In this document: one piece after another, positions 62,646 to 64,000 of the stretch
Layout of the letters: each line of letters begins with the position of its first letter
Numbering within the stretch: position 1 is the first letter of the stretch
NCBI GenBank assembly: GCA_964533855.1
Contig: CAZHNM010000007.1
Location: 22,552-86,551 of the forward strand
DNA from: an uncultured Brevinematales bacterium
Lineage (GTDB): Bacteria; Spirochaetota; Brevinematia; Brevinematales; JAOACQ01
DNA: 64,000 bases
Direction of reading: 5' to 3'
Translations under genes and position numbers: made by a program
Notes under the pieces: generated by a model
The model's database searches: none
Told to the model about the DNA's origin: nothing
The model's input: the letters and a program-made list of their open reading frames with translations, nothing else

Positions 62646-64000
62646 ATGAAGGGGTTGGCAATCATACTTGCAATTACATTCGCAGTGGCGGTATTTTCTT
62701 TTTCCTCAAATCTCACGGTAAAAGTCAGTGACGGGAAAATAGCGATTGAAGACGCCAGTATCTCCATACCGGAAATAAAGGCAAATCTTATCTCTGACGA
62801 CTTGGGGATTGCAGTTTTCAAAAACATTCAAGCCGGATCATATATACTCTATGCTGTGCTGCCCGGTTATGAAAAATATTCCAATGTGATAGAAATCAAT
62901 AATGTAAATACAGAAATAAATATCAGGCTCAAACCCTCGGTATATTCTTTAGGGGAGATAAGTGTCGAATCTAAGAGGAACAGGGGAAAGGTTTCAAGCC
63001 AGACTACAGTGAAGCAGGACGAACTCGGAGCAAATTCACAGGGGCTTGTGAACGACTCATTCAGGACTCTCCAGCTTATGCCGGGAGTCTCTTCCGGAGC
63101 CGGCGCGATGGACAGCACTATGTATATAGAGGGGGGGAACAGTACGGAGTGGCTGGCTTCCATGGACGGGATATTAATTCCCGATCCGGTAAGATGGGGG
63201 TCGGGCTTCACAATATCGATGTTCAACCCTTATACTGTGGACAGCATCGACCTCTATACGGCAGGGTATCCGGCCAGTTACGGACAGGGACTTTCCGGCA
63301 TAATCGTAGTCGACACTATAAACGGCAGCAAAGACAGGTGGAAGGGGTTCATAGACATATCGGCTATCGAGGCTGAAGCTCTTGTTGAAGGCCCGCTGAC
63401 TTCGAACCTTACGGTTGTCTTCGACATAAGAAGGACTTTTTATGATCTTTATGTTCCCCTGATAACGGGAACCGAGAATTCGGGAGTGCAGTATCCATAT
63501 CTATGGGACGGCATCCTTAAAATCGGCTGGGACATAACTCCGTCAGACAAAATTACATTCGACGCCTATGGATCGTTAGAGGGCTTGAGATGGATTTTGA
63601 CGGCCGATACCAACGCTCCTCAAACCGGGGGAAACCTTTCGGGAACATATGAATACCAGATCCTGAATATTATCGGAAGCGCCAGATATACGCACCAGCT
63701 GAACTCAGAAGACTCGTTCGATATTGTAGCAGGGGCGACGCCGAGTTTCGGATACGATAATTTAAGCCAGAACCAGTCCTTTTCCGCCAGTGACAACTGG
63801 GGCCAGTATATATACCAGCTAAGTTCGGACTATTTTTTAAATTCAATCGCGGGACATAAAATACAGCTGGGAGCGATGATGTTTTACTGCAATCCTCTCT
63901 ATGCGAGTGTTGATGAAAGCCAGTACATGCTTACTCCCCAGGGGCAATGGACAAATTTCCAGAATCAGAATATCAATATACCTTCGATGCAGGCCGAGTA
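62646..64000 (+). CDS. TonB-dependent receptor with carboxypeptidase-regulatory-like domain, paralog of 13761..16148; 3' end beyond window
   Basis: Not in the ORF track because there is no stop before the window end. My translation (MKGLAIILAITFAVAVFSFSSNLTVKVSDGKIAIEDASISIP..LQLMPGVSSGAGAMDSTMYIEGGNSTEW..YGQGLSGIIVVDTINGSKDRWKGFIDIS..) is stop-free and aligns along its length with the first receptor. Confidence 0.8.
   Translation, partial: MKGLAIILAITFAVAVFSFSSNLTVKVSDGKIAIEDASISIPEIKANLISDDLGIAVFKNIQAGSYILYAVLPGYEKYSNVIEINNVNTEINIRLKPSVYSLGEISVESKRNRGKVSSQTTVKQDELGANSQGLVNDSFRTLQLMPGVSSGAGAMDSTMYIEGGNSTEWLASMDGILIPDPVRWGSGFTISMFNPYTVDSIDLYTAGYPASYGQGLSGIIVVDTINGSKDRWKGFIDISAIEAEALVEGPLTSNLTVVFDIRRTFYDLYVPLITGTENSGVQYPYLWDGILKIGWDITPSDKITFDAYGSLEGLRWILTADTNAPQTGGNLSGTYEYQILNIIGSARYTHQLNSEDSFDIVAGATPSFGYDNLSQNQSFSASDNWGQYIYQLSSDYFLNSIAGHKIQLGAMMFYCNPLYASVDESQYMLTPQGQWTNFQNQNINIPSMQAE

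Overview
64-kb chromosomal segment, mid-40s % G+C by eye, from a flagellated, diderm-type (TonB receptors, LolA-like and BamB-like proteins) diazotroph, probably an anaerobe; I cannot assign a phylum. Gene order: thrS(partial)-infC-rpmI-rplT; an ECF sigma factor with a FecR/PEGA/beta-propeller membrane protein and a tandem propeller paralog; Isf-like flavoprotein, fatty-acid desaturase, TetR, ldhA; a compositionally distinct MalT-like STAND/LuxR regulator; an envelope cluster (lipoprotein, 68-aa protein, TonB-dependent receptor, methyltransferase, OM barrel-like protein, LolA-like protein, two FtsX permeases, ABC ATPase) with a divergent membrane LuxR regulator; kdp(F?)ABC; ynfA-like, mop; a compact Mo-nitrogenase island (nifA, then nifH-I1-I2-D-K-E-N-B-fdx-modA-HEPN-like-modB-modC-TOBE-nifV-like-GNAT); tRNA-Cys and tRNA-Leu; flagellar hook module fliK-flgD-flgE-flbD; nitroreductase, TPM-TPM-LemA; ABC-F, cysS, ccdA; an exopolysaccharide-type cluster (GH, GH, GT2 synthase, PEGA/propeller); and a second TonB-receptor paralog with a sigma-54-type promoter. 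That paralog runs off the window end and is missing from the ORF track. I saw no transposase, integrase, phage gene, CRISPR array or recognisable defence gene. The most unusual signal is non-coding. Two families of structured leader/intercistronic elements occur at the block boundaries of the nif operon and also in the envelope cluster. Class A is a set of hairpins whose last stem abuts a UAAGGAG Shine-Dalgarno, with different stem sequences in each copy. Class B is a GGGYACAAKTACCC hairpin motif, including a 17-nt tandem array before nifB. Other candidates: a duplicated kdp leader hairpin with a compensatory base-pair change, an MFP-less MacB/LolA-like/barrel envelope module, a HEPN-like gene inside modABC, and several candidate operator/UAS repeats. 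All functional statements come from reading the sequence and recognising motifs by eye; no database search was run.
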